Positions 1 to 16,197 of a DNA stretch of 64,000 nt are shown here, piece after piece. Numbering within the stretch: the stretch's first letter is position 1; every line of letters starts with the position of its first letter. Source of the DNA: Patellaria atrata CBS 101060. Lineage: Eukaryota. The DNA is taken from assembly GCA_010093705.1 (NCBI GenBank), contig MU006090.1:957817-1021816 (forward strand). Reading direction: 5' to 3'. The notes beneath the pieces were generated by a model, which had not been told where the DNA came from, did not search any database, and was given only the letters and a program-made list of their open reading frames with translations. The position numbers and the translations under genes were made by a program.

Positions 1-432
1 TGGGATTCACGATGTCGTACGAGCCCAATAGCACTTTCTATATCTGGTTGGACCTTCGATGTCTTCCAGAAGCGATAAATGACGGTCTCAATTTCTTCGA
101 GAAGTGCCTACAAGAGAAGACGATCGTTGTGCCAGGAATATTCTTCGACCTGAACCCGAGTAGGCGAAGGGATTTGTTCGACAGCCCTTGCCATCGTAGG
201 TATATCCAATTTCGCTCTCCAAGGGACAGGGTTAGCTAATAGATTACCTAGATTATGTTCGAATCTCTTATGGACCTAGGATGGAGGTTCTAGTAAAAGG
301 AATGGATGCGATTGAGCGGATTGTTAAACAGTAAGAAGATTACTTTCCATTGGACCGTTTATAGCGAGAAAGCTAAGTTATTATCACAGGAACGGTGGCT
401 GTAAAAAGATGGACGTGACTGACGGCAATTGA
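1..432 (+). CDS. 3' end of a class I/II PLP-dependent aminotransferase (partial, runs off the window)
   Basis: PNSTFYIWLDL...IVVPGIFFD; intron 196-251 (GTAGGT..GCTAAT..TAG) joins to HYVRISYGP, a typical aminotransferase I/II C-terminus. Ends at TAA 332-334, or after intron 331-389 at TGA 430-432. Confidence 0.75.
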
Positions 433-1625
433 AAATGAAGCTTCTCAAGCATGAAACTACAAAGAATGACTGAATTAGGGCTAGAGGCCATCATATAGTC
501 AGTAGAGCAGCGGATGAATGTCCTAAAAGGAGCGCAGAAGTCATCAAACTGTTAGAGTTAGCACCTAGTCCGATGGTACTTATACTTTCATAGACAGTGC
601 TAAGCTTTGGAACGCTTCCTGTTTCTGATTGTAGAAGGTCGCTTGCAGAGTACAAAATGTTGTTCCGGGTTTGTTTGAAGTGGGGTGAGGTCATTTTGTA
701 GACTATCAAATGAAGGATCGACGTATTTCTTCGCAGCTTCACCGGTTCTTCACCGTAGAGCCAAAGACCTCGGTTTATATCCTCTCTTCCGGGTACTTCT
801 ACTCTAAGGGGCAAAGGTGTTAATGACTTAAGGACGAATAAGGAGAGCTTTGAAATGGATGTACTTTTCAAAAACAATTATTACCTTAAGTACTCCATAC
901 CATAGTTCTATTACTCTAGAATTACTCCAGCGCCGAGGTGCAACCGTGCAAACTCTTTTCCGAGTATTCGTCTCCAACTGCACTTTTCCAGATTAGTGCT
1001 AGCGTTTCGACGGGGAAATATAAACCCGCCCTTTCAAAGATGATAGACAGATCAGCCGCACGACTTCAGCCCCAAGCGCCTGCAACCACACCTACAAGTA
1101 TGCAACCACAAAAGACATCCACCACACAAATTGTAAACAATTTTCGCCGGTCCTGGACTAGACTCAGCCTTTATATGCTTCTTTTTAATCCGTGGCTTGG
1201 CTACAAGCTTTCATGATTCGCTCTATCCACCATGCCCCACGAGTATACGATGGTGTTTTGATTGTCCAGTCCCAAGTAGGAAGCCCTGGAATCAATTCAA
1301 AAGCCAGGGAAGAAGCTTTTACGAAGCTACACGAGATGGCGTCCTTGGGCCCAAGGTGGCTTCACAGGTTGTTCGTGGGCTGAGGTCGCTGGGACCACGT
1401 GCCGGTGAAGCGCAACTCACATTTGAGCCTAGGTGTCGGGTTTATGAACCTCTATCTCCCAATTCCCTCGTCCATGGTGAAGTACTTTCTTTCTGCTAGT
1501 TGTGTGTGGGATATCTACCATCATATCTCTATCTTGCAATCAATTATTGAGCCTCAGGGATCACTCTTATTGTCCCTTCCATCTTCAATCTGGTTCAGTT
1601 CAAAAACTCCGGTTCTTCCGCTGCA

Positions 1626-2968
1626 ATGCAGCCAAACAACTATGTCCCAGTTCTTATGGTTCCCGCTCTCGCAGTAGCTATGCCTTGGGTAGGACCCTCA
1701 CCCACCGAAGCTGTTCAAATCGACCGTTCCCAAGGTTGGAGTCCCGCCCCTACATTTGGAGCTGAACGGATAGAAGACGGCCTCTTCGACCTTTTTAAAC
1801 GCCAGAACAATGATGACTCTTTGAGAACCTGTGGGTGGATAGACGCAGATCCCGCTTCCTCTCTTACCTGCCAGTCTGGGCGAATTTGTGCGACGAATTC
1901 CTTCTATGGAGTTGCTGGGTGCTGTGAGCCTCTGGGACTGGATACCTGCACGCTCTACACCACATGCGTACCTTCGTCCCTGATGCGAAGCTGTACAGCT
2001 ACCAACTGTCTAAATAATGAGCAAATCGTAAAATGGTTAGTCTACTGTCACTCCAGTAATGCTCCTAATGATACCCCTTAGCTGACAGTCGTAGCACCCA
2101 ACCGGGATACCCCTTTTGTTATAACTGGTTATACGATTATATCACAACTACTCTCACAGAATTCGGCTGTGCTAGTGCTCCTTGGACATTTACTGTCGCA
2201 AGAACCGTAACAGGAGGTCAAAACACTATTGAGACATCTTTAGCCCCCCCTTCCGTCCAAACGGTGACGGTAACGCCTAGTAGCGACGATAGCGCTACCT
2301 CAACTGACTCCACTGCTACCAGCTCAAGCTCAGCTCCAGTCTCGGCAACCAATGAACGGACTAATGGTGATGATGACGGAGGTTCTAATGTCGGTGCTAT
2401 CGCTGGAGGTGTTGTTGGAGGTGTGGTCGGTATTGCAGCCATAGTTGGGCTCGTCGTCTTCCTTCTCTTCCGTAAAAAGAAGAATACCAACGCAGGAGCA
2501 GTAGAACCCACCAGCACTACTGCACCAAGTTCTGACCCAAAGCCACCGATTGATCCCACTTATGGCCAGCAATCTCCCCCACAGCAATATAATGCTCCAT
2601 ACGGACAGCAGTTCCAACAAAATCAGTACCAGCAGTATCCACAACAGCCCGCTACAAACACCCAATCTTATTATTCGCCGCCTGTCGCTGCTGCGCAAGA
2701 CACGAAAGTTGATTATCCCAGCAATGTGAGTGAGATGCCCAGCACTCCAGCTCTTACCGCCGCATCACCTACATCACAAGACTCGAAGTCTAATTACCCG
2801 AGTAACATGAGCGAGATGGCTGGTTCCCCACCAGCGAGTCCGGCACCGCAGTACAGCTCAGTGAATCCGCAGCCAGAGATTGCACAGCTTGACAGTACTA
2901 TGGTACAACCAGGCCAATCACCACCACAGAGGAATCCGGAGGGAAATGTGGTGCACGAAGCCCCTTAG
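1626..2968 (+). CDS. Type-I membrane protein: signal peptide, KR site, Cys-rich ectodomain, Ser/Thr stalk, one TM helix, Pro/Gln-rich tail (cell-wall-sensor-like)
   Basis: ORFs 1626-2081 and 2264-2968 joined by intron ~2036-2094 (GTTAGT..GCTGAC..TAG); TM segment GAIAGGVVGGVVGIAAIVGLVVFLLF followed by RKKK; EMP/EMA/QLD tail motifs. Confidence 0.8.
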
Positions 2969-5642
2969 TATTTCAAGTTTCTCCTATTTCTACAATTGCC
3001 TTCAAAGTGCTTTAAGTTCGTTTATGACCACAGTTATCCAGCATAGGTGCTTCTCTTATACATAGTTCTTAGGTCGGAGTGGGGTACAGGATACAGGGTT
3101 ATGGTTATTGCGTCGGCGACATGTGTTCACATTAAGATTATACCTGGAGGAATAATTTGATACGGTGGCCGTACGGGTTCAGGACCAAATGAACCGCAGC
3201 GTGGGTGCGCTTGCATCCTTTGGGTATCATATATAATGAAGTTATTGGCGTATGCTGTATATAGTCCATATTAAATCATGAATCTTTATGAATCAAGTCA
3301 AGTTGATTCTCTCGCCTGGGGAATTCTTGTGAGAGCCGGGCTTTTATCCTCAGAGTGCCATGACGGATATTCAACTCCATGAAATCTCAGATGACTACGT
3401 TTATAGATACCACTTTCCAGCTTGAAGAGGAGGAGTTTAGCCCCCTAAAGATTACCACCGCCTTTGACTTGCTCTCATCATATCATCCTCTTATGCAATT
3501 TTGCGTAGCATTTTTGGCCTGGTAAAACGATGGATTAGAGAACAGAGTGATCTTAGGCCTGTAAGCTACGGACAAATTGTGCGAGCCGCGAAGCCGTTCC
3601 TTCGCCTTCTGCAAGCCACAGAGCCCGGCAGGGTTCCAGACGTCCGACGAATCGTCTCTTAACTGCCGCTTTGGGCCATTGCAGAAACCCTAGGATAGGT
3701 TGTTTTGCTTTTTTAAGAGTGTTCACTTCTTCTTTTTTCCTTGTTTGGGGTTGCGGGAACAATGTATCTCCCTACCTCTTCATCTTCTACGTTCTCTTTA
3801 GTAGACCTTAAGGGTATGGTTCGAAATTTTTCTTTCATAAGGCGAGTTTACCGCTCTTTCTCCCTTCATTTCCGCCATTTGAAAAGACTCTTGACACGAC
3901 TTTTTGGGATGAATCTTAGTGTAAGCTTATTCTTTTCCTTGTTCTATACAGTAACCAACCCCCCCTTTCCCCCCCTTCACGTTAGCGGCTTGTTCCAGTT
4001 TTACCTACGATATCCAAGGCCACTTTTGCACTAGACTGCTATTGTCCTTATATACTGAGAAGACCTTGCTGAAGTTCCTGGTTGTAAGAGATATGGCGTG
4101 TTTAACATTACTCTTGTCGAACCAGATATTTTTCTTGGATTAAGTATGACGTTCGTCGACCCACCCACCAGGTATCCGACTTTCCCGTTCGGGTAGGGAT
4201 AATAAGCGAACACTAAAAACATTACCTTCATCTTGTGCTCCTCATCCTTTCGATTTTTTCTGAACGAGAATATTAAATTATCAACACAATTCTGTATTTT
4301 GACATCATTCAGGTCTTCATTATTATCCTACAAATCCATCATCCCTCTAATTCCATCGTAGACGCTACCGGAGAACAGTCATCTCACTAGCACTAGTGCA
4401 TATCGTCCCCCTATTACTTGCATCAGACGTTCGACGAAACTTTCAGATGCTCCCCAATTCCTTCTAGCACTTCCGTTCGTGCCATCAGAAAGTGCGTTTC
4501 ATCTCTCTCATAGGTGGATGGGATGATTTGTCAAAGTGTGCGCAAGGTGCTGATAGTGGTATGGCGGAGCGTGCATGCATGATATGTACAAGCGCGGGTA
4601 GGGCTGATGTTTGAGGCATCCTATAAAGAGGGGCGAACGTTCCATATTTTGAGAGCTACTCACTGCGAGGTAACTGTAGCTGAGAGTACCCCGTTAGAAC
4701 TGTGAGTTAGCGAAGGTAGCATGGGTGAGGGCCGTGAGGGATCTTGGGTATCTTTGATAGTTCATCAGTTATTGTGTTATCATAGTTCCATATAGACCAA
4801 GTGCATTTTATGCGCAGTTAGGATGTACTACTGAGTCAATTATTACTCATTTAACGTTACTAAGACTCCGTTTTGAGTTACCTATTGAGTTTTCATCAGG
4901 GGTTAGTATAGAGTGGGGCATGGGATTATGCCAGTGTTCATCATCCTGGGATGCACATCTATATCCTCTCGGTATGATAAGGAACAACAAGGATTGAGAC
5001 TGGCTATATATGCAGCATATTGTTGATTCTCATCCATCGGATCAAAATCAAAGTCCCACTTTTCCGGTATCTATTTCGAGATGTGGAATGAACGTTTATT
5101 CTCGGGCTCGTATGAATTAAGAACTGAGAACCTCAAAGTGCTAGTAGAGATCCAGAAAGATGGGTGATATATAATAGTAGGGGGGAAAGAGCAAGGGAGA
5201 TGAGCGGACAGGAACGTAACTTAGTATAATCGGGCCAACGGTTCATGAGTGTATTGTCTCTGAAGTTGGAAGATGACCATTGCGGCTTTGACTTGATGCA
5301 AAGTAGATTCGGAATTGTTCTATTTGGCTTGAGACCGCAAAGAGGATGTCGATGCGGCTCAGAGAGAGTAGATTGATACAGTACAGTTCACACTGCAAGT
5401 CTTTTGTAGAACAGACCTGGTGTCCGCCGCGGTTACTCGAGTTCCATTATTACATTTATTTTACATATGCACATTACAATGCACATGGGATGAAAGCATA
5501 CCAACGCCTCAAAGATGCATCGTTCCTAAACACCAGTAGTGCGCCGTCCCAAACTGAGAAAGATCGAATCAATATCCTCGAGGTGGAATGGAGGGACTCT
5601 CTATAAGCCGAAATGAAAAACATTGAGGCTGGGCCGCAATGA

Positions 5643-6226
5643 TTACTTCTGTTTCCGTGGTCCCCTGATTTTGGGGTACATCCGTGACAGATGGTAGTTG
5701 ATTGTACTTTTCTTCGCTGCTGCCGGTTTCTACCACGAAACAAAAAACCAATTAGTATCCCGATCGAAATTATCAGGGTTTTGAAGACTATGGAACCCAC
5801 CGGTGCGTCCATACAAGCTCTGAGTTGCTGCTCCAGTAAGGCGCAACCAGCTAGGTTGTAACCCGATGAGGCCCAACAGCCTAGGATCTTTCGTTAGTAT
5901 TTGGACACGTCTGACATTCCATACATCAATCTCTATTGAATGCCCTATTTCTATCGCTGTATTAGATGGACTGCGTGACGAATTCTATAGGTTTGCTTCA
6001 AGTCTTATATTGGTATATACCATAGAACAATGCCAGCATCCAATATTTTCATAGTTCCGCATATCTTCTGAAACAAGAGAGGGACATGCATACCAAGGAC
6101 TGAAGTCATGAGTCCTAGACACGGATTCTCGTTCAGCGCATTTGGCCGTCGAACGCGAAGTTTGGATAGAGGAGGTAATCGTGGAGGATTGAGCTTGCTC
6201 GGTGTCGCGCCGGGCCTAGGAGGCAT
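5643..6226 (-). CDS. MRP10: Mitochondrial small-subunit ribosomal protein Mrp10 (mS37), twin Cx9C
   Basis: Exons 6226-6094, 5880-5801, 5729-5643 splice to [79 protein letters not shown]; twin Cx9C and INYHLSR motifs. The ORF track shows only fragments. Confidence 0.9.
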
Positions 6227-6602
6227 GGTGTATGAGTTGCGCTACCTTAGTTCCGTAAACACTGGTCTTAGATAGCAATTAGATAGGAATTATCAGAAAT
6301 AGCGATGATGTAGAGCTAATTGAAAAGTTGAGATAAAATCCTCGTTTGGACTTGAAGTGAGGCTCTGGACGGGAAGAATTCCCACGGTGGGTCCGTGCAC
6401 GGAACTTCTCGATTGCAGGATTGCTCGGTTTGTTTTGGCTTGTTGTCGATCGAGGTCTCACACGAGCATACACACAACACCAATCAACCCAATTGCTGTC
6501 GCCTGTGGATTCGACCACCGCAGCAAACGCGGAGGAGGCTACTGCTATATATTATACACTTATTGATAATAGCATATTTAAGTCATTTTAGACTTTATCA
6601 GT

Positions 6603-9485
6603 ATGTCAGAACCACCGCAGTCTCCCCCGAGAGTCCCAGAATCCACATTCGATACCGCTTGGCTAGAAGAAGATACCGAGTTCTTGCAACCGACTACACG
6701 ACCTAAAGCGCATAAAGCTTGGGAACGGAAAGCGTACTCACCTTACGCTCGTCAAACAAAGTATAGAAAAGTATGGAAAAGATATGATCTACGTACAAGG
6801 GCGGGACAACGGGAACAAAAGAGCAACGCGGATAAAGAGGGCACAACTTCTGCCAAGGGAGATATGAATAGGTCGCCCGAGAAGGTTGTCAAGAGAATAA
6901 GGTTAGCATCAATCTTAGGTGCAAGAGTTGAAAAGCCCGACGCGGGTGCCGCAGCGACGCGCTGGGACAGACGTCGAAGCCTATATCCTAAACGTATGTT
7001 TGCTTTGATTGATGTCCCTACAAGTGACTAACATTTCTCAAGGTAAACGGACACCGGTACTTGGTAAATCCACAGAAGACAGCGTGTTCAGTCCCACTGA
7101 AGAGGTGGTTGAACCCTCGAGCAATAGTACCAACCTTCTACACGTACTTCCCTCGGACGATGGTGAAGACGCATCGTCGACGAACCAAAAAGATAAATAT
7201 GACGGTTTTAAAGAATCTGGGGATCGAGCTACCGTAATAGAAAACGGGACCGAATATGTAGTGCCACCGGAGGGTCGCTCGACTACTAAACCGGACCCCA
7301 CCACGTCCATCTCCGACAACTTTCAGCGGGTCCTGGCCGATACAGGTACCATGAATAAGGTCGAGTCCCTTAAGGAGATACTTGACGAATATGTAGAGAT
7401 TGGTAGTGCGTTAGAAACTGCCTATGCTTCTCAAGAGTCCAGCAATGATAAAGAGACCCCCAGGTGTGAGGGGAACGTTGTGGAGCTAAGCGTACAAGAG
7501 ATCTCAGATTATTCGTCAAAGGTGACAATACAAATACCAACTATAGCAGATCAAGGTGGGTTATGACGCAAGGGCTGGTTACGTATTTGCTAACTCTTCA
7601 AGAATCCAAAGTCCGAATAAATGAGCCTGAGCAAACTTCTGAACTAAAGAGTCCAGAGAACATCGGCCTAGAAACACCTGGGAAGATGAAAGATTTACCA
7701 GGTAACCTCGAAACGTTTACTTCCAGTCAGTTTTCTACCGGGGAACATCTTTTTGAAGGATTACCTCAACTGGATAGAGATGGCGAACTAGAAGATGATG
7801 ATTCACAGTCGGAATTCTCTGACATACGCGACCACGATACTATTATCACAGAGCAGATGTCATCCAGAGCAATTAGTGCGGCGACAATCAGCGATGAGAT
7901 GGACTTCCGTGAGGAAGCAACCCTTGACGGTAACGCGGAGAGTCATCTTGAAGACAGTAGTGTACTCAATAATTTAGGGACACAACAGACTCCCAGATCT
8001 CAACACAACAGCGAGGAGCTCCCAACACCCGACTCTAATGCAGTCGATATTTGCGTTGAGTCTGCAGAACAACGATTTAACAACGAAGACCCTTCTGTCT
8101 CAGTCGCGGCTGTGAATGATGACGAAGATGATAGCTCCGAAGTTAGCTCTATCGATTCGTCCGACGACGTACCGTTTTCTCCGGAAGATTCAGCGGGCCG
8201 ATTCGGTGACATTGCCGACACCTTGGTGTTGAACCTTCCTTCTTTATCATCTAGCACACTAGAAAAACCAATTGAAGAGCCCATAACTCATCTCGACGCG
8301 GATACTGGATTTCTGAAAGATTTTCTCAGTCGAGCAGCTGCCAGTAAAGCTAACAAATCGGCAAGCATTGCACGTCGTTCGTCTTTGATTAATCGACGCG
8401 ATTCGGACGCCGTTCGCCCGGCTTTAGCGTCGCCGCGTACGGTTCTTAAAGACAAGGATACTAATTCCCCTTCATTATCACGAAACTACGGGAATGCTAT
8501 TAACTTCGATATCAAACTTTCAGAACCGAAGACATACACAGAAAAGTCTGTTAATGTTCTCTCTGAAAGCATGGAAGTGCAGGATAACGAACCATCCCCT
8601 CGACGGAGCAAACGTGCACGAAGCCGTGTTCCACCTACTAGCACCACCTCTCAAACTGCAGTAATAACTCCCAATAAGATTTCCATGCGTCGTGCTGATG
8701 GATCTGAACCTATGATGCTACGCAAGACAGAGGCGCAGGAGCTTGCACTTACTACCCGCAAGAACACCCGCACAAACAGAGGCAGTGTTCCTTTTCCTAA
8801 ATATCGGCTGCGGTCCTTGATCCCAGATCTTAACGACCAAGAATTAGAGTGTCCGAGGAGGGATGGTAAGTCGGTCCACTGGGACGTTCAACTAGTGTAC
8901 TATCAGGATGGTATTCCTTTACCACCGCGTACCATTAAGGTAGTCAATGGGGAGCGGGTACCCATACAAGAAGCTACGACCGCCATACCCGTAAGTTCAC
9001 GCTCTTCACAAGCAACCGCGAACGCATACGTGTTCAGATCATCCCCGCCTGTAGACGATGACACTTCTGAGTCTTTGGGTGCGGACACCGGAAAAAACAA
9101 AGTGACATCCCGCATCCGACGGCTGCGAGTCTTGGGACCTACCGATGGAACTCCAGCTAAAGGACTACTTGCTGCATCTGCTGCCCCCACTGAGGGTCAG
9201 GAAGAACTAACAGAGACTGAGGTTAATTCAAGGAAGAAGAGGAAGCTTCCCACGCCGAGGAAGCTGAGGATCCCAACGCCGAGTGCAGGAAGCGTGACTG
9301 AGGGTTTATCTGGAGCATTGAGTGCCGAAAAGGAGAAACGACTCGTGGCTCCAAAGATTCGATTGGCCCAGAAGGTGCCGGCAGGAACCAAAGTTCCAAC
9401 CTCCATTACACCCAATGGAGGTTCGCATGAACTAAGCGGGAGTACCCGCATAGGGGGAAAGAAGAAACCAAAGAGGGGCGTTTAG
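6603..9485 (+). CDS. Large, mostly disordered hypothetical protein (acidic middle, basic C-terminus)
   Basis: ORFs 6603-7031, 7009-7566 and 7563-9485 linked by introns ~6993-7041 and ~7555-7601; short conserved-looking islands (KVWKRY, LKDFLSRA, TRKNTRTNRG, KSVHWD). Confidence 0.7.
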
Positions 9486-9898
9486 GGAATTGTTATTTAG
9501 GGATGTCTGTTGGTATGATTTTCGCATCCCGTATTCGCGTTCTTTAGTGTATGCAGTCGTATTGATGATATGGGTATGGACATGTAGGCGTAAATTACAT
9601 GTCTCTCTTCGGCGTATGTCACCAGATTTCCATGCAACATGTGCATGTCGACAATTAGGGTGTAAATCCGTATATGAACAACTAGCCTCTTCGATAGTTT
9701 AGTCATATAATCGAGTTTTTCCTTTTTCCTTTCTTGAAATATTTACCGTATTTTATTCTTTCCGGTGCTAACTCAGGACTTATGCTGTACTGTACAATGG
9801 AGAGGGAGCAAACAAATTTCGACACATTTCCCGCTAGTATTTACACACGGCGAGGTTAATATGCCAATAGTATCAATGATATCCATCTTAGGCTACAC

Positions 9899-10902
9899 CT
9901 AAGGCTTCTGCAATGTTATATACCCATACTTAAACCCTCGAACACCATTGCTGATCCATGCCCCTTCCCCCTCGCTCAACGACAACCTTCCAGTAACCTC
10001 CTCAATACACAGTGCCTTCGTTAAGGCCCACCTCCTCGTCGTACCTCTTTGCCCTCCACTCCCCGAGTACTCACTCCTCACTGAGTGCCCCCAACGCCCC
10101 GGAAATGGCGTCCGTCTCTCACCCTCACCCTCCGAGTCGTCCTCTAGAGGAGCTACAGTCGTTTCTGGCGCGCCACTGCCAGAATGGTCAACCGCAGTCG
10201 CTTCAGTGGCCTGCTTGGAGGGATACCGCCCGTATGGCACCCCGACGGGAGGTGTTACCCATCTTCCACCTTTGAAGAGGTACACAGATGTCATGGTGCC
10301 CTCGGTAATCTCATCGCATTCGTTGAATAAAAGCACTTCATCCGCGGTGGCGCGGAGAGAGCGAGTACGGGCAGAGTCGTAGTGGCGACGGTTGGTGGTT
10401 TTCAGGGAGGTATAGGAGCTTGAATGTGTTGGCTCAGTGTCTAGGATGAGGGTCTTGGAGGAGGGCGGGTTGAAAGGGGGTGAGAGCGACGGGGGATAAA
10501 GTGTCTCCAGGGATACGGAGGGAATAGGGGAGAGCTCCGTCCCGAGGGATCCTTGGTCATCAAATAGTATCTTTATCTGCGGCACGGTTAGGCTCTGAGA
10601 GTCTCTTTCTAGGACCACAATATTACCTTCAATGGACCATCTCTAGCTTCATTTTTCTTCTGGTACTCCTTTACATGCCTTAGAAGCGTATTGGATAGCT
10701 CTATGCCGTTCTGTAATCTGTCTGCTACTTTCTGCCAGTCGAAATGCCTAGCAGCTTCCAGCATACGATCACGGTGATATACTAGCATATAAAAAGGACT
10801 AGGGGATTGGAAGCTGAGGCTTGGGGAGCAATTTTCGGGGCTGGAGAGAAGAAGAGGGTCATAACGTAGAGAAGTGAAAAGTTCAAAGTCATGATCTGAC
10901 AT
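9899..10902 (-). CDS. ABZ2: Aminodeoxychorismate lyase (aminotransferase class IV fold)
   Basis: FELFTSLRYDP, YMLVYHRDRM, LKTTNRRHYD, EVLLFN..EITEG, WVTPP, GQRGTTRRWAL, SNGVRG; intron 10577-10626. Confidence 0.88.
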
Positions 10903-11556
10903 TGTCAATTTTCAATATTACTCTGCTTGAGTGGCTGTGGACTCTGATATATGAACTTAATACAGCAAAGCAAAGCAGACCTAAATGTACTTGTACTTGA
11001 ACACAGTAGCTGGATTTGCACACTCGATTTATGTGTCTCTTTTCCAGACTTCAGTTTTTCATCTAGACACGCCATTTTAATGCAGCTTATTAAACCGAAG
11101 TGTTGTCCGATGTGTCAGATGGATTGACAACGTTTTCACGGTCACGTGCTGTAATATTTGGGAGAAAGATGGTAACCACCTCAAGAAGAATGTTGAAGAG
11201 AATTTCAAGATGGACAGGCGCTTATATGTAGTGACTGACACTGAGCTGATGTGAAAATGCATCCGCAAGCTTGCAGTGGGAGAAGGATTAAATAACGTGC
11301 CCATGTCGAGGTATGTACTTGTAAATTGTAACTTTAAGGTGGTGACGATGGGACGTCAAACTCGGCCTAGGCGAGCAAGCTCCTCGACCAAATTATTTAC
11401 ATCTTGTTGCTGCTATCTCCCTGCGCCGAGTAGCTCATTCTTTTTTCTTTCCCCATCATCTTTTTAATTCTCTTACGTTACCCATTGTCTTCGGAATTGG
11501 GTTCGCAGTAACTGGACATCATCGCAGCTCTTCCATCACGTATAGTACACAGCAAA

Positions 11557-13690
<2,134 letters not shown>

Positions 13691-15349
13691 AAGTACGGTT
13701 GCCATAGAAAATGAAAGCGTCGATTGTCCTGGCTTCGCACGTATAAACTGAACGTCATATGATTTCCCCATCCCACTTGTTCTTTCTCTGTATGTAGACT
13801 CTCCTCTTCTTTCTGCCTTTTGGCGAATTTCTGGAAGCGGGCAAAATCAGGGGTTCATTCCGGGTCCATGTTCTTCTTCTCTGCATTCCTGTGCTTGTTG
13901 GATGAAATTACTACGAGGCAGGTGATGAGATGGTTGTCGTAGTAGGCTTTCTTCCAGATAAAGTGGCTTGCAGACTTCTTTGTGCCGGTGGCGGTTGGGC
14001 GAAATAGTGGTGTACAGTACTGTTTGATGAGATTGGTGCTAGAGGGGAGGGAAGACTGTTGGCAGGCTTGACAGGAGAATAGGGCACAAAGTACAGCAGA
14101 CAATATAGTGTGTAATTGCTTGTGACATGTTTGTGTTCATTTGCGATTTTATATTTGGGTTGTTCTATTGCTAAGATAAACGTGGGTGGACATGCTTTTC
14201 TAGGGAGGTCATACGTGAGAGTGGTAATTAGGTCCGCGGCATCTACCTTATCGATTATTTCCTACTTTCATCGACTGCTACCTTGTAGTCCAACAGTACT
14301 TGCGTGGTTGGTTGAACAGACGCTTCATGGTTGAGGGTGAGAAACGGGAGGGGACACATGGTTGTGAGTTCACCCTGCACGCCAATCCCCTTAATCGAAG
14401 ATTTTTATTAAAATGATTTGTTACGCACGGCAGATCTGCGTTCATCCTCGTCTCGCGCCATCGGGGAGAGTCGCAGGACATGGGAGCAACTTTGTTTCTC
14501 AATCGTGAGATTCATGGATTACCTTGAGATGCTCCTACAATACCCTACAGATCCCCGGGACTGCCTATACTGTGTCTACTGATATCTTCATGCTTATTTA
14601 TCATTTATGCTCTACTCGAAGCGTAAAGGGAGTCCTTCTTCCTCAAGCCGTCTCTTGTTGGTATACTTCATACATCAGCCCCTAAAAAGCATTCGGTATT
14701 GCCTTTAACCGGTCTGACAGTAGGAATGCATGTCAATATTGTCATGTACAGTACAGTACCTCAGTACCTACTGCAGATTTAGGACGCGTGCAGCAAAGTC
14801 TATGGAAGCGAAGAAGGAATGAAAGGGCAAATTGCTCTCTTTAATTGAGGTGTGTGTACTCATTGTACGAAGTACTGTACGGATGTAAAATGATGGGCTC
14901 GGTTGTCTTTGTTCCTTGGACCTTGACCTTTTTGGCATCTGCAGGTGGCGTCTTATGCAGAGCCGGTTAAGATAGTAGGGGGAGCCTTCATTTATTTGAA
15001 AGATTTGTAGCTTTAATGGTTGCTCTACAAGGTTACTTTGATATCTCTTGAGTAGACTTTTCGAGATGAAGTTTGTAGAATGGTCAAAAGAGTGCCTTTG
15101 GAGAAAAGAAACGCATAGTTGTTTTGATGAGCATTTGAGCATAATGTTTTGTTGATCAGCTCATACTCGGAACTTTTCACCAAGCAAAAATAGAAACTGA
15201 AGACGGATTCTGAGGCCGTACCGTACAGTAGAATTGATGTCATATGGACAAGCTGCTGAATTATTGGCTGACAGTGTAAATGTACTGTAAGGGCTGAAAA
15301 GATAATTGAATAGACAGGACGGACCGGGAGAATACGTATTACCACTTCT

Positions 15350-15377
15350 ACCTCACACCTCACACCTCACACCTCAC
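15350..15377. repeat. Heptamer tandem repeat (ACCTCAC)x4
   Basis: Read directly in the region upstream of OPY2. Confidence 0.9.
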
Positions 15378-16197
15378 AGCACAAGTCGTCTTGATTGATT
15401 AAAGTTGGAGAAGAGCTTCAGAGAGCGTGTGAGAGGTTCTGATGAAAGTTCCCTTTTGAATTGATTTTGTTGATACTTTCCAAGGCTCATTCCGGTGTTC
15501 CTTTATCCTGAGACAAGTCACAGACCAAGGGAAGTTCGTTACAATTAGGGAAGTCGTTGTTTCTTGGGCCCTCCTAGGCCTGAACAGGGCTAATATCAAA
15601 CCCCAAAAGGCCCCCAAAAAATTTATCGACAGTGCAGGCCCGGGTAGTTCTAGGGGCTGTTTCTCGGCCTCTCGACCTCTCGTTCGCCTTCTCTTGAAGT
15701 CTCATCCCCAAACTCATCTCATCTCTCCCAACCCTCCACCCTATCACCTTTAACCTTCTCACCGACCTCCAACCTACCTCTTCCACCTCTCTCCTCGCAC
15801 GTAACCGTTCGTGCAACTGTACACAACTGCAACACAAGTCGTTCGTTACATTCTCAACATCAATTTCTTCCCCTTCGCCCTTTTCTGCCCTTTCGTTTCA
15901 TTGTCTTTCGATACATAGTCTTCTACACTCCGCTCGCCGCCTTCCTTTCTTTGTCTCTGGGTCTCGTAACACCATATCATTCGCGCGCCTCTACTATCCC
16001 TCTTCTCGACTTCCCTTTCTTTATCGCCCGTTGCTAGGTGCTTGGGTTCGAGTTTCACCCAGGCCGGTCGGCTTGCAGCTTGCGCAGTTATTGTCTTGGC
16101 TGTTCAACGAACTCCATCGTGAACCACTTCCCATCTGCTCACCGACAGCTGCTTCCCGTCACTTCCCGATCATCCTTCGAACCTGGAGATTTCTATC

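Noticed and set aside
491..1677. Short ORFs, including 1192-1677 in one frame with a single TGA
   Set aside because: No recognisable motifs or splice support; cannot be distinguished from intergenic noise.
3500..5600. Possible decayed minus-strand gene (IPGGW-containing fragment near 4140-4200)
   Set aside because: Too fragmentary to support a call.
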